DNA of 64,000 nucleotides from an uncultured Pseudomonadota bacterium (GCA_963770835.1 CAVYRH010000019.1:411752-475751); one strand, 5' to 3'. Shown: positions 52,662 through 62,636, counted from the stretch's first letter. Made by a program: numbers and translations. The notes: a model not told the origin generated them from the letters alone.

Positions 52662-54467
52662 CTACATTTTCAACATCTTCAAGTGCTCCACGATGGGCCC
52701 CAAGGCCATGGCCGGGAAGAACACCAACGCGCCCACGATCAAAACCGTGGAGATCAACATGATGATGAAAAGGGGCGTATGGGTCGGCAGGGTCCCCGCG
52801 CTCTCCGGCACGGCTTTTTTCTTGGCCAGGCTTCCCGCCAGGGCCAGGACCGGGATCTTGATCCAGAAACGCCCGAACCAGATGGCCGCGGCTCCCAGCA
52901 GGTCGTAGAAGGTGTTGCCGTTAAGCCCGGCAAAGGCGCTGCCGTTGTTGTTGGTCATGGAGGCGAAACCGTATAGGATTTCGGAGAACCCGTGCGCGCC
53001 GGGATTCGAGGGGCCGGCCTTGCCGCCGTCGGAGACCACTGCGATGGCCGTGCAAATCAAGGTCAGGAGCGCCGGAACCAGGATGGCGATGGAGGCTATC
53101 TTGGTCTCGAAGGCCCCGAGCTTCTTCCCCAGGTACTCGGGGGTTCGGCCCACCATGAGCCCCGCCACGAAAACCGCCACGACGACGAAGGCCAGCATGC
53201 CGTAAAGCCCGCAGCCCACCCCGCCGAAAATAACCTCCCCCAATTCAATCAGCCAAAGGGGCACCAGGCCCCCCAGGGGCGTATAGGAATCGTGCATGGA
53301 GTTGACCGAACCGTTGGAAGTGGCCGTACAGGCCGTGGCCCAAAGGGTGGAATTGACGATGCCGAAGCGCACTTCCTTACCCTCCATATTGCCGTCATGG
53401 AGAGTTTCCCCATGCGTCCCCATGGTCAGCTTGTTCAAGACCGGGTTCCCGCCTTGCTCGGAGGCGAAACACAGGTAGAACATCGGCGCGAAGATGAGGA
53501 ACATGGCGATAATCAGCGCCCATCCCTGGCGCCGGTCCTTGACCATCACGCCGAAGGTGTAGAACTGGGCGACGGAAATGAGGAAAACGGCCATGAGCTC
53601 AAGGAAATCGGTCAATGGCGTGGGGTTCTCATAAGGATGGGCGGAGTTGACGTTCATGAAACCGCCCCCGTTGGTGAAAAGCTGCTTGACCGATATCTGC
53701 GAGGCCATGGGTCCCAGGGCGATGGGCTGTTCGGTGACGGCCACATGGGTCATCTCAGGTTTGCCGTCCTTGCCCGTCACCGGCGCCCCGGCCGCGGTCG
53801 TCACCGGCTGGTCATAGGAAGTCGGCTGGACCAGCGTGGCGCTGGGGTAAGCGGCGAAGGTCTGGGGCGTCCCCTGTTGGAGCAGGACGAGGGCGAAGAT
53901 GAAACTCATGGGCAGGACGATATAAAGGGTGCCCCGGACCAGGTCGGCCCAAAAATTGCCGATCTTGGTGGTTTCCTTCCGGGCGATGCCCCGGATGAGG
54001 GCGATCATGACCGCCAGCCCGGATGCCGCGCAGACGAAGTTCTGCACCGTCATGCCGCACATCTGGGTCAGGTAGCTGAGGGTGGTCTCCCCGCCGTAGA
54101 ACTGGAAGTTGGTGTTGGTGATGAAACTGACGGCGGTGTTGAGGGAAAGGTCGGGCGGGACCGCGGACTGGCCCGCCGGGTTCAGGGGCAGCCATTGCTG
54201 GACGCGCATGAGGGTGTAAAGGAAGATCCCCCCCATGATATTGAAGGCCAGCATGGCCAGGGCGTAACCCTTCCAGTCCGTTTCCTTCTTCGGGTCGATT
54301 CCGCAAATCTTATAGATCAGCCTTTCCAGCCATCCCAGCCATTTCTCCATAAAGAAAGGCTGGTCTCCCTCCCCGTAAACCCGGGCCATATAAGTCCCGA
54401 CGGGTTTTACCAGGGCCAACAGCACCGCGAAAAAAATAATAATCTGCGTCCATTGATTGGTATTCAT
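52662..54467 (-). CDS. kdpA: K+-transporting ATPase subunit A
   Basis: SFITNTNFQ, TNGGG, SNGSVNSMHDS, NNNGSAFAGL selectivity-filter motifs. Confidence 0.98.
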   Translation of the reverse strand: MNTNQWTQIIIFFAVLLALVKPVGTYMARVYGEGDQPFFMEKWLGWLERLIYKICGIDPKKETDWKGYALAMLAFNIMGGIFLYTLMRVQQWLPLNPAGQSAVPPDLSLNTAVSFITNTNFQFYGGETTLSYLTQMCGMTVQNFVCAASGLAVMIALIRGIARKETTKIGNFWADLVRGTLYIVLPMSFIFALVLLQQGTPQTFAAYPSATLVQPTSYDQPVTTAAGAPVTGKDGKPEMTHVAVTEQPIALGPMASQISVKQLFTNGGGFMNVNSAHPYENPTPLTDFLELMAVFLISVAQFYTFGVMVKDRRQGWALIIAMFLIFAPMFYLCFASEQGGNPVLNKLTMGTHGETLHDGNMEGKEVRFGIVNSTLWATACTATSNGSVNSMHDSYTPLGGLVPLWLIELGEVIFGGVGCGLYGMLAFVVVAVFVAGLMVGRTPEYLGKKLGAFETKIASIAILVPALLTLICTAIAVVSDGGKAGPSNPGAHGFSEILYGFASMTNNNGSAFAGLNGNTFYDLLGAAAIWFGRFWIKIPVLALAGSLAKKKAVPESAGTLPTHTPLFIIMLISTVLIVGALVFFPAMALGPIVEHLKMLKM

Positions 54468-54500
54468 TTATGGGTCTCCATTCATTGTTTTCTTATTTTT

Positions 54501-54556
54501 TGTAGGGGCGGCCCACCGTGGCCGCCCTTGGGCAGGCGCGGAGGCCTGCCCCTACA
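54501..54556. repeat. GTAG-family REP-like palindrome
   Basis: TGTAGGGGCG...GCCCCTACA inverted ends. Confidence 0.65.
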
Positions 54557-54563
54557 AGGCCTT

Positions 54564-54653
54564 TCAGAACTTTTCCGGCTTCAAAAGCGCCACCAAAAGG
54601 TAAGCCAATAGCGCCGCCGAAACGATGCCGCTGATCAAATAAGTCAGGTTCAT
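54564..54653 (-). CDS. kdpF: K+-transporting ATPase subunit F
   Basis: MNLTYLISGIVSAALLAYLLVALLKPEKF (YLxxALxxPExF signature). Confidence 0.92.
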   Translation of the reverse strand: MNLTYLISGIVSAALLAYLLVALLKPEKF

Positions 54654-54748
54654 GGCTCCCCCTCCATCATTCCGTCCAAGCCGTGGATCAACCAGATCGA
54701 CGACGCGGCCAAGGCCGCGAAAATCACGATGCACCAGAATTCCAGCAT
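54650..54748 (-). CDS. 32-aa hydrophobic peptide upstream of kdpF
   Basis: RBS GGAGG; MLEFWCIVIFAALAASSIWLIHGLDGMMEGEP; ATGA overlap with kdpF. Confidence 0.65.
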   Translation of the reverse strand: MLEFWCIVIFAALAASSIWLIHGLDGMMEGEP

Positions 54749-55000
54749 GGTTATTTCCTCCCCGAATGGAGAAGAGCCGCCGTCTTCGACGGGCCTTTCT
54801 CGTTTCGTTTTTGTTTCAACCAACCGATCGTCTCCCCCAACAGTAGGCAAAGCCCACCGTAAAGCACCGGGCTCAAAAGAAACAATATCCTTGTCATGGC
54901 ATCCTCCCTGGGGGAGGAGCTATCCTCTCCCCCTTTGCGGCTTCCGGAATATGAGGTGCCGCACTTTCGTGCGCCCTTCGTTTTCCGTCAGGGAAAAGAT

Positions 55001-55063
55001 AAGGCGAAACCGGATTAGGATGCTGTTAAGAGGAAGTCCCAAGGCATATGGGAAGAATTAAAA
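55001..55063 (-). promoter_or_regulatory. Putative KdpE/OmpR-type promoter box upstream of the kdp operon
   Basis: Minus TCTTAACAGCATCCTAAT, 11-bp-period direct repeat; near-duplicate at 57824-57885. Confidence 0.55.
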
Positions 55064-55189
55064 CCAAGGCTTTTTGACCTTGGAGAAAGAGTGGGTTGGG
55101 GGAGGATGGGGCAAAAAAGGGGAAGGTGGAGCTCGGATAGGTCCTTAGGAAACAAGGGAACTATTCACTTGGCGTATCTCAAAACATAA

Positions 55190-55281
55190 TCCCCTCTCCC
55201 CTTGAGGGAGAGGGCGGGGTGAGGGGTAAAGCGAAACCCAAGCCACCCTCATCCTAACCTTCTCCCGTCGAGGGAGAAGGG
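55190..55281. repeat. CCCTCTCCC-type palindromic intergenic repeat
   Basis: CCCCTCTCCC..GGGAGAGGG..GGGGTGAGGG with an inverted second copy. Confidence 0.65.
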
Positions 55282-55452
55282 ACTGTTCGTATGAGTCGGG
55301 TTTTGGATACTGATGGTACGTCAGCAGCGTAGTTCCGGAAAACATTAGGCCGGAAAAGGCGGGAGAAAAAAGGCGGGGGGATCTTGGGCTCCCCCCGGGC
55401 TTTTGGGGTTCCTGGGCATGACCCCTGGAACCCCGGGGATTGGACGCCAGTC

Positions 55453-55644
55453 TTACATCGTCGGCGTCGTGGTGGATTCCGGCTTCTTCATCATGCTTTT
55501 CTTCATCTTCTTCTTTTTCATCTTCTTCATCATCTTGCCCGGCGTCGCCATGGGTGTGGCGGACATCATCGCATCATCCGCCAAAGCCGCCCCGGTCGCC
55601 CCGAGGAACAACACCGCCATCAAAACCGCAAAAAAACGCTTCAT
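55453..55644 (-). CDS. Secreted Met/Lys-rich peptide
   Basis: RBS AAGGAGG; signal peptide ending ALA; mature DDAMMSATPMATPGKMMKKMKKKKMKKSMMKK... Confidence 0.75.
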   Translation of the reverse strand: MKRFFAVLMAVLFLGATGAALADDAMMSATPMATPGKMMKKMKKKKMKKSMMKKPESTTTPTM

Positions 55645-55809
55645 GAAAGCCTCCTTAAAATTAAAAAGAGTGGGTGGGCCACTCCGCAACACCCGACGGC
55701 CCGGACCCAAGCCCCAAGCCGGTTGAAACGGGTATTTCGAAAACACTCCGTCGGTAAATACGGTTCTGCCCCGCCGATCCGGCGTTACATTTTCGTAAAA
55801 TCAACCTAG

Positions 55810-55938
55810 CAGGCTGCTGAAAAACTAAAATGCGGCTACAAAGCAGCCTGCCTACCCCTAAAATTCCGCAGGAATTTGGGGGTTCCATTGAATGTTTTTG
55901 ATAAAGTTCCGCTGAAAGCGGACTTTTTCGGCATCCTG
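55810..55938. mobile_element. MITE-like element, 129 bp, with a CTAG duplication
   Basis: TIRs CAGGCTGCTGAAAAAC / CTTTTTCGGCATCCTG; related to 1757-1917. Confidence 0.65.
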
Positions 55939-55957
55939 CTAGATAAAATCGGTAGCC

Positions 55958-57688
55958 TCACCCGAAGGTGAAGGCATAAGTCAAAATTCCGGGGTTGTCG
56001 AAGACGATGCGCAGGCGGTGGGTGCCGGGTTTTCCCTTTAAGTCCACCAAGTTATAAAGCCGGTGGGTGTCCAGCGTCACCTTTCCGTCCTTCACATCCA
56101 CCCCGCCCGCGCCGCCGATGGGTTTGCCGTCCAGGAAAAGGGACACTTGCCCGCCCTTTTCCGGCGGGCCGATCACCAAGAAAACCTTATCCGCCGTGAA
56201 TTGGATTTCCAAGGCCGAGCCCTGGGCCGGGCCGGCGGATTCGCCGGTCAGCGTCCAGGCGCCCTCATAGGCGATGTGGTGGCCGGGAAGGGTTTGGGGC
56301 AAGGCGTAGGTTTGGTTTCCGGCGACGGGCTTTTGGGGAGAGGAGAACCGCTGCAGGCGGTTCAGCCCCAAATAAGATTCGGGGGTCTGGTCGTAATCCT
56401 CGCTCGGTGCCTGCGTCAACGCGGCCTCCCCCTGCACGGGGTGGCCCGCCTCGGCCAAGAGCTGGCGTATGGCGGCGTCCATCTCGTCGTAATGGCCCTC
56501 GCCGAAATGGGCCAGGCGGATATGCCCCTGGGCGTCGATCAGGTATTCGGCGGGCCAATATTGGTTGTGGTAGGCGCCCCAGGTTTTAAAGTCATTGTCC
56601 TGGGGGACGGGATAGGTGATGTCGAACTGTTTCAGGGCTTTCTGGACGTTGGCGGTTTCCTTCTCAAAGGCGAACTCCGGCGCGTGCACGCCGATGATCG
56701 CGAAATGGTCCGGGCCGTATTTTTGCCACCAGGCCTTGGTGTTGGGAAGGGTCCTCAGGCAATTGATGCAGCTGTAGGTCCAGAAATCGACCAAGACCAC
56801 CTTGCCCCTCAGTCCCGCCATCGTCAGGGGCGGGCTGTTGAGCCAGTTGGTGATGCCGGTGAATTCGGGCGCGGGCCCCAAGTCGGCGAGCTTCCCCCCG
56901 GTTTCGCCGCTTTCCTGGCGGGCCTTTATGCCCCTTAAGCTGTCCAACTGGTCGCTCACGATCTTGTTGTTTTCCACCCCGTTGACCAGGTTCCCATAGG
57001 AAGGAAAGGCCTCCAGGATCTTCAATTGGATGGTCTTGTCGTAGTTGGTGTAAATGAGGAGCGCCACGCCGATCATGATCACGCCGAAGACCTGCTGGAT
57101 GCGGCCCGTGTACTTGTTGACCCGGCGCATTTTCGCGAAGATCACCGAGCCGCCCAGGGAGACGAGGAAGAGGGGTATCCCCAGCCCTACCGCATAGGCC
57201 AGGGTCACGAGAACCACCTGGAAGCTGACCGCCTGGGTGGCGGCCAGGGTGGCGATGGTGGCCAGGATGGGCCCCGCGCAGGGCGCCCAGACCAGCCCGA
57301 TGGAAAAGCCCGCCACGTAGCCCGCGCCGAACCCCGTGCCTTCCCCCTGGCCCTGGAGGCGGTTTTGGAGGGGCTGGAGGAAGTTGTTGATCCAGGTCTC
57401 GAATTTCGCGCCCAGGGAGGGGAATAAAAGGGCGATCCCCAGGAGGCCGATGATGATGACCGCCACCAACCGGAAAACATTGGCGTCAATGTGCAGGAAC
57501 CGCTCCAGGTAGGAAACAAAAAGGGTAAAGAGGGTGAAGCTGGTCATGACCCCCAGGGTCAGGCCGAAGGGCTTGCGCTTTCCCCCGGTGGAGGAGACCG
57601 AAAGCACCAATGGCAGCAGCGGCCAGATGCAGGGGGCGAGGATGGTGGCGAAACCGGCCAAAAAGCTGAAGAAAAGAAGAAATGCCAT
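55958..57688 (-). CDS. dipZ: DipZ-like CcdA/DsbD + thioredoxin fusion
   Basis: APCIWP and WAPCAGPIL; DFWTYSCINC; TPESYLG; YAFTFG C-terminus. Confidence 0.88.
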   Translation of the reverse strand: MAFLLFFSFLAGFATILAPCIWPLLPLVLSVSSTGGKRKPFGLTLGVMTSFTLFTLFVSYLERFLHIDANVFRLVAVIIIGLLGIALLFPSLGAKFETWINNFLQPLQNRLQGQGEGTGFGAGYVAGFSIGLVWAPCAGPILATIATLAATQAVSFQVVLVTLAYAVGLGIPLFLVSLGGSVIFAKMRRVNKYTGRIQQVFGVIMIGVALLIYTNYDKTIQLKILEAFPSYGNLVNGVENNKIVSDQLDSLRGIKARQESGETGGKLADLGPAPEFTGITNWLNSPPLTMAGLRGKVVLVDFWTYSCINCLRTLPNTKAWWQKYGPDHFAIIGVHAPEFAFEKETANVQKALKQFDITYPVPQDNDFKTWGAYHNQYWPAEYLIDAQGHIRLAHFGEGHYDEMDAAIRQLLAEAGHPVQGEAALTQAPSEDYDQTPESYLGLNRLQRFSSPQKPVAGNQTYALPQTLPGHHIAYEGAWTLTGESAGPAQGSALEIQFTADKVFLVIGPPEKGGQVSLFLDGKPIGGAGGVDVKDGKVTLDTHRLYNLVDLKGKPGTHRLRIVFDNPGILTYAFTFG

Positions 57689-57933
57689 GGGACTCCCTTG
57701 TTGTTATTGGCGCCTGGAATTACTTCGACAAGCCCCCATAAGGTTACAGATCATTAGGAAACTTTTGGGTGAAATCGGCGCTGACCGCCTGAAGCCACAA
57801 GCTGAAGGCGAAGACTGCCGGTGAAGGCAAAACCGGTTTAGGATTCCGTTAAGAGGGAATCCCAAGGCAAATGGGAAAGTTAAAGTGAAGCGGATTGGCG
57901 GCGGGGAGGTAGTTGGTCTGAACATCTTTCCTT

Positions 57934-58809
57934 TTATTCATGTTTAGGTTGACCACCATTTAATTTCGCATCAAGTTCAACAACAAACTGGCGAAAAGAC
58001 CACCTTAAAATTTTCCCGTTGGAAAGTACAATTGCATGGCCTCTATCGAAAAAGCCATCTTTTGGAAAGTTAGTAATGTCCGCAGGTATGTTTAAAAATC
58101 CAAGATAGGTGCTAAGAACACCCCCGAAAACACATAAATTACTATTGCCAAGAACGAAAACTAAACAATTCCCTTTCACAATTTCACAAATAGATTTTTG
58201 AAAGTTATACAAATTGGAATCCGATTCACTTAGTTCACCGGTACCACTATACGGGCTAAAGCATCGCGTTCTAATGGACTCTTTTTCGTCTTTAGTGAGA
58301 TTCAGTGGCCCTTTCATTATTAACCGCAGTTCTTGGTGAGCTGCATATTTCCGAAACGTCTCTCCATAAACCCAATAACCCCCAGAAAGGGCGACCTTTG
58401 CCAAGAATCGCAAAGGCAAATCGATGTCAACATTAACCGAAACTTGGAATTTACGGTTATAAGGCGAAGTTTGTTTTCGATTAATGGAGTCCCAAATTTT
58501 TAATTCTTTGCCCATCGTTACTTGTATTGGACGACCAGTTTTTAAATCTTTAGCATTTTTTATTACCGGTTGAGGCGTTTTCCCACTATGCCCCCGTGTC
58601 CCAAAATCAGCCCTCTTCTTTTGCATCAAAAATTCATTTGAAAATTTACCGTCGATTTCCGATCCAACCTTTTGGTTAAAACTTCGATCCACCGGAATAA
58701 CAAATTGATCATCACCTCCTAACGAAAGTGGGAAAATATGTTCCGGGGAAGTTTCCGATTCCTGTAATTCTTTATCGGTGTAGGGACAATAAATTATTTT
58801 TTCAGCCAT
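57934..58809 (-). CDS. HNH-endonuclease-like protein
   Basis: N-terminal CPY..SPEHIFPLSLGG..FN motif; RFLAKVAL helix; low GC. Confidence 0.7.
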   Translation of the reverse strand: MAEKIIYCPYTDKELQESETSPEHIFPLSLGGDDQFVIPVDRSFNQKVGSEIDGKFSNEFLMQKKRADFGTRGHSGKTPQPVIKNAKDLKTGRPIQVTMGKELKIWDSINRKQTSPYNRKFQVSVNVDIDLPLRFLAKVALSGGYWVYGETFRKYAAHQELRLIMKGPLNLTKDEKESIRTRCFSPYSGTGELSESDSNLYNFQKSICEIVKGNCLVFVLGNSNLCVFGGVLSTYLGFLNIPADITNFPKDGFFDRGHAIVLSNGKILRWSFRQFVVELDAKLNGGQPKHE

Positions 58810-58820
58810 TTGTTTTCCAT

Positions 58821-59330
58821 CTATTTAAATAACATGTTTATAAAATCAACAGAGATTTGCAAACTCATCAATGGGTCTTCTCCTAAGGTGTTGTCCCCAT
58901 GGGCTTTACTATTCCTCAATTTCGAAACAAGACCCGGTATTTTTTTACTGTACTCTTGAGGTTCATCGGTTCCTCGAATATGGGAAAATCCTTTATCCAC
59001 AATTAGACCTTCTTCAACTGCTTTATTAACAAGGTGGTAAAAAGGCGTTTCATCATCGTCGCATTTCAATCGAAGTGCGTGTTCCATAAGCACATAAGAT
59101 TTAAAAACAGCCGTAGGTTCTAGTGAATAGCAGAACCAGGTGTATATGATTAAATTTCTGGTCACATTGAACTGATCGCGTATTTCCTCAGGGACGTTTT
59201 CACTTAATTTCATTTTCTGCAATACAACATAGATCATTTCAAGGGTTATTGTTTGACCGCTCACTTGCCGAATGAGACCCCAAGCTTGATCCACCTTAGT
59301 AATTTCTTCATACTTTTTGAACTCTATCAA
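58821..59330 (-). CDS. Hypothetical protein, putative HEPN fold
   Basis: MEHALR helix and LRNSKAHG (R-x4-H). Confidence 0.5.
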   Translation of the reverse strand: MIEFKKYEEITKVDQAWGLIRQVSGQTITLEMIYVVLQKMKLSENVPEEIRDQFNVTRNLIIYTWFCYSLEPTAVFKSYVLMEHALRLKCDDDETPFYHLVNKAVEEGLIVDKGFSHIRGTDEPQEYSKKIPGLVSKLRNSKAHGDNTLGEDPLMSLQISVDFINMLFK

Positions 59331-59479
59331 TTAATCACCTCAAATTTTCAACTGAAATTGTTCCCCAAAACACTTTCTTGACTCAGCAAAAGCCCCGATT
59401 GCATGCGTGAGGGTTGTAATCCTTGAAGGAAAAGAGAAAATAAGCCACTTCAATCGCACTTGTCCGAAAAGAGAAGATA

Positions 59480-60310
59480 ATGATCGCCTATTGGCTGCTT
59501 GCAACTACGAACCCAACCGTTTTCGGTTATGCGGTTCCGAAAGAATACCTCGAATTTAAAGTTAAATTTCTAAAAGAAAACCCGGGTTTTTTACTTTATC
59601 ACGAACACGACGACACAAAACCTCCCATAGGAAAAATTTTGAACGCAGAATTGGTTTGGAAGGAGGAAATAAAAGCTCACGCCATTGAGGCCGAAATCGA
59701 AATTTTCGAAAGCAATGGAGTTGTTGACCCCAAAACTATTCTTAAAAACGGAATGAGCATGTCATTTTCCGATCTCACGATTTCTTTTGGTGGGAAGGTG
59801 GAAAAGGCTGATTTGGAATTTGCCTATGATGCCTATAGGACTGACGAAAAAAAATTAGAAAAAGATATTTCTGCCCTTTCAGAAAAATTAAATATTCCAA
59901 TCATTTGCACTCGTATCCGTCGCCATGGGGCTGGAACCATACTCACCTTCGTGGGTTTAAAAATCGTTGAACATTTAATGAATAAGTTTTTGGATGACAT
60001 CGGATTCTACGAAACCATTAAGAAAGAACTTATAGAAATAAGCACCCCATCAGAGAGTGGGAAAGAAATTAACATAAGCACAAATAAGGAGGGAAGAGGA
60101 GTTAGATTTAAGTTAACCGGCAGAACAAACGAAGAACTTGCCAATCTACTTGATAAAAGTCGTGCTTCGATGAAAGAAAAACTTGACGAACCATTCAATC
60201 CAACGGACGAATTGGTTATCTACACCGTAAGGACTCATGGCGATTCTCTTAAAATAGAAAAGATTAACAAAAAATTTGGCTCAGGTGGTTATTTCGACCA
60301 GAGGGCTTAA
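59480..60310 (+). CDS. Hypothetical protein with an N-terminal HK97 prohead-protease-like domain
   Basis: LLYHEHDDTKPPIGKI and NGMSMSF resemble the LxxHD..PIG and GLSIGF motifs of peptidase S78. Confidence 0.5.
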   Translation: MIAYWLLATTNPTVFGYAVPKEYLEFKVKFLKENPGFLLYHEHDDTKPPIGKILNAELVWKEEIKAHAIEAEIEIFESNGVVDPKTILKNGMSMSFSDLTISFGGKVEKADLEFAYDAYRTDEKKLEKDISALSEKLNIPIICTRIRRHGAGTILTFVGLKIVEHLMNKFLDDIGFYETIKKELIEISTPSESGKEINISTNKEGRGVRFKLTGRTNEELANLLDKSRASMKEKLDEPFNPTDELVIYTVRTHGDSLKIEKINKKFGSGGYFDQRA

Positions 60311-60656
60311 GCGAGCCGATTTCCTATTAAGGGTTGTCGATCATGTCATTCAGGAACCGAAAGCAAAAAAAGGTGCCTGACCTCCATTTTCCATTTCGGG
60401 CCAAGCCCTCTTGAGGTGTTCTGATTCTATTACTTTTCTCCGATAATCAAGGGGCCCAACCTCATTCATTATTCCCCTTTTCACCCGACTCATCCTCTTC
60501 AAAACCCCAAAATCCCCTTCGCTTTGTTGACGGCGTCCTCGCCCTGTTGGGCGGTATTCACTGTGCGGAAAGTTAGGAGTGAGGAGTTAGAAGTTAGGAA
60601 TTAACCTCACACCCATTCGCAACCAGGAAATTCAAGTTTTCTGACCCGTCATCCCA

Positions 60657-61199
60657 TTATCGCTTTACCCTGTAAACCGCCCTGGGTTCTTCCAGGAAAC
60701 CTATCCGCTTTTTGGGCTTCTCCGGTTCGTTCATCAGCTCCCGGATCGCGTTAAAAACGGCTTGAATTTTTTCATCCTGGGCACCGACCCTTCTTTCCAA
60801 GGCATCCAATTTCCTGGCTAATGCCTTATGCGAAGCCAAGACCTCCCTCAAACGGGAAAAGGCCCTCATGATTTCAATGTTCACCTGGATAGCCCTTTTG
60901 CTTTTTAATACGCTTGATAGCATTGCCACGCCATGCTCGGTAAAGGCGTAAGGCGTCGCCCGGCGTGCCCCTCCCCAACTTGAAGTGGCAAAATGGCGCT
61001 TCAAGTTTTCGGACTCATCCTTGGTCAATTGAAACATGAAATCCTCAGGAAACCGTTCGATGTTCCGCTTAGCGGCCTGGTTTAAGGCTTTGGCCTCTAC
61101 CCCGTAAAGGGCCGCCAGGTCGGGGCTCAGCATCACTTTTTGTCCCCGAATAAGGAATATTTTCTTCTCAACCTGGTACATTGAAATCAATTCGCTCAT
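60657..61199 (-). CDS. ORF6N-domain DNA-binding protein
   Basis: [51 protein letters not shown]. Confidence 0.93.
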   Translation of the reverse strand: MSELISMYQVEKKIFLIRGQKVMLSPDLAALYGVEAKALNQAAKRNIERFPEDFMFQLTKDESENLKRHFATSSWGGARRATPYAFTEHGVAMLSSVLKSKRAIQVNIEIMRAFSRLREVLASHKALARKLDALERRVGAQDEKIQAVFNAIRELMNEPEKPKKRIGFLEEPRAVYRVKR

Positions 61200-61353
61200 T
61201 TCCAGCCCTCTCTCGAGAAATTCTTCCGTCCCATTAACCCTCAACTTGAAGTCACAAATTGTGACTTCAAGTTGGCCATTTTCCAGCCTTAGTTTGGAAA
61301 AAAGGTGCCTGGCCACCATTTTCCATTTCTTGATCTACTAACTACAATTCGTT

Positions 61354-62301
61354 CTAATTCTTATCGGTCTTATCAAAATCTATGTAAATCACATCCCCAT
61401 CTTCCTTAGGTGGGGTAGATAGTGCCGCCAATAGATTAAAATAGGTTAACTCATGTTTCATGGCCTTTTTTCCACTTAAAAAACCTAATTGATATGGTTC
61501 CATCATTGGTATTGAAACATTTACTTTTTTCGCGACTTTTTCAATGTCATCTCGATTGGACCCAAAAACAAACCGTTTTGCATATGCAAACAAAACTTCA
61601 TTTAAATGTTCATGATTTGGTACTGGTGTCGGAACGTAGTGAATTTGAGGAACCCAATTACCATTTTTGCCAATAGCAATTATATTTTTATTAATTGGAG
61701 TAATAGTTAAGATATTTTTTCTATCTAACGGTATTGCTAATCCCATTTTCTTTTTTTCGGGGTCAAAAAGAGGCGCATAACCCAAATCATTAATTAATAA
61801 GGGAACATTGCTTTCAACACGTGATAAAGCCCAATTTGCTGAAAATATTGATGGAAGTAATCGTTGCCTTTCAAATAACCGAGCCTGATTTGTATTATCA
61901 CGACCCGTATATTCTTTTAGATGATTACCAAGCCAACTAAACATCCGAGTTTCGAAACGTCTATTAAAGTCTGGTCCTCGGACTAACAATGAAGTGACAA
62001 AGGGAACTAATATTCTTGCCCACAAATCAGCAGTGATTTTTCGGTCGATTAACAAGTTCACAGCTAAATGAAATTTGGTTTCGTAACCCGAAAGAGCTTT
62101 ATCAACGGATAATGGATCTTTTTCCTGGCTGTTTACTAAAGTATAAAATTCATTTTCAGCGGCTAATTTTGATGCTGGGCTTTCAAATATCTTTCTTTTT
62201 AACTTGTCTACAGCTACCAATTGCCGTTCACGACGAGGAAGTTTGGTATCGCTAGAAAATTGAGCTAAAAAAGTTGCAGGTAAATAGTGTTGTAAGGACA
62301 T
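61354..62301 (-). CDS. DUF4238-like protein
   Basis: N-terminal QHYLPATFLAQFS, ENEFY, PLLINDLG, IPLD motifs. Confidence 0.7.
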   Translation of the reverse strand: MSLQHYLPATFLAQFSSDTKLPRRERQLVAVDKLKRKIFESPASKLAAENEFYTLVNSQEKDPLSVDKALSGYETKFHLAVNLLIDRKITADLWARILVPFVTSLLVRGPDFNRRFETRMFSWLGNHLKEYTGRDNTNQARLFERQRLLPSIFSANWALSRVESNVPLLINDLGYAPLFDPEKKKMGLAIPLDRKNILTITPINKNIIAIGKNGNWVPQIHYVPTPVPNHEHLNEVLFAYAKRFVFGSNRDDIEKVAKKVNVSIPMMEPYQLGFLSGKKAMKHELTYFNLLAALSTPPKEDGDVIYIDFDKTDKN

Positions 62302-62498
62302 TTAAAACTCGAATGAAAGTAGTTTGTACTTTAAATTTCTTTCTAAGTTGTTGGTGTTTATTGAATTTACTTACAACCGAACAAAAGGATGCCAGGCAAC
62401 TCCATTTCCCAATTCGCGCCAAGCCCGCTTGATGTGTTCTGATTCTAATCCTTAGCCCCAGTATTAAATGGTCTCGAACCAAAAGGTCGGCCCGCACA

Positions 62499-62636
62499 TT
62501 ACATTTTGACCCGATAAACCGCCTTGGGCTCCTCCAGGAACCCGATGCGGCGTTTGGGCTTTTCCGGTTCCTTCATCAGTTCTCGGATGGCGTCGAAAAC
62601 AGCCCGGAATTGGTGGTCATGTGCGTTGAATTTCCT
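62499..62636 (-). pseudogene. C-terminal fragment of a second ORF6N-type gene
   Basis: Translates [40 protein letters not shown], paralogous to the end of 60657-61199. Confidence 0.8.

Larger units (their letters stand above)
60365..62449. repeat. Three dispersed direct repeats (60365-60430, 61298-61328, 62383-62449)
   Basis: AAAAGGTGCCTGNCCNCCATTTTCCATTTC core; copies 1 and 3 extend with GCCAAGCCC.CTTGA.GTGTTCTGATTCTA. Confidence 0.8.

Noticed and set aside
60365..62449. Integron attC array
   Set aside because: Repeats lack RYYYAAC/GTTRRRY ends and there is no intI in the window
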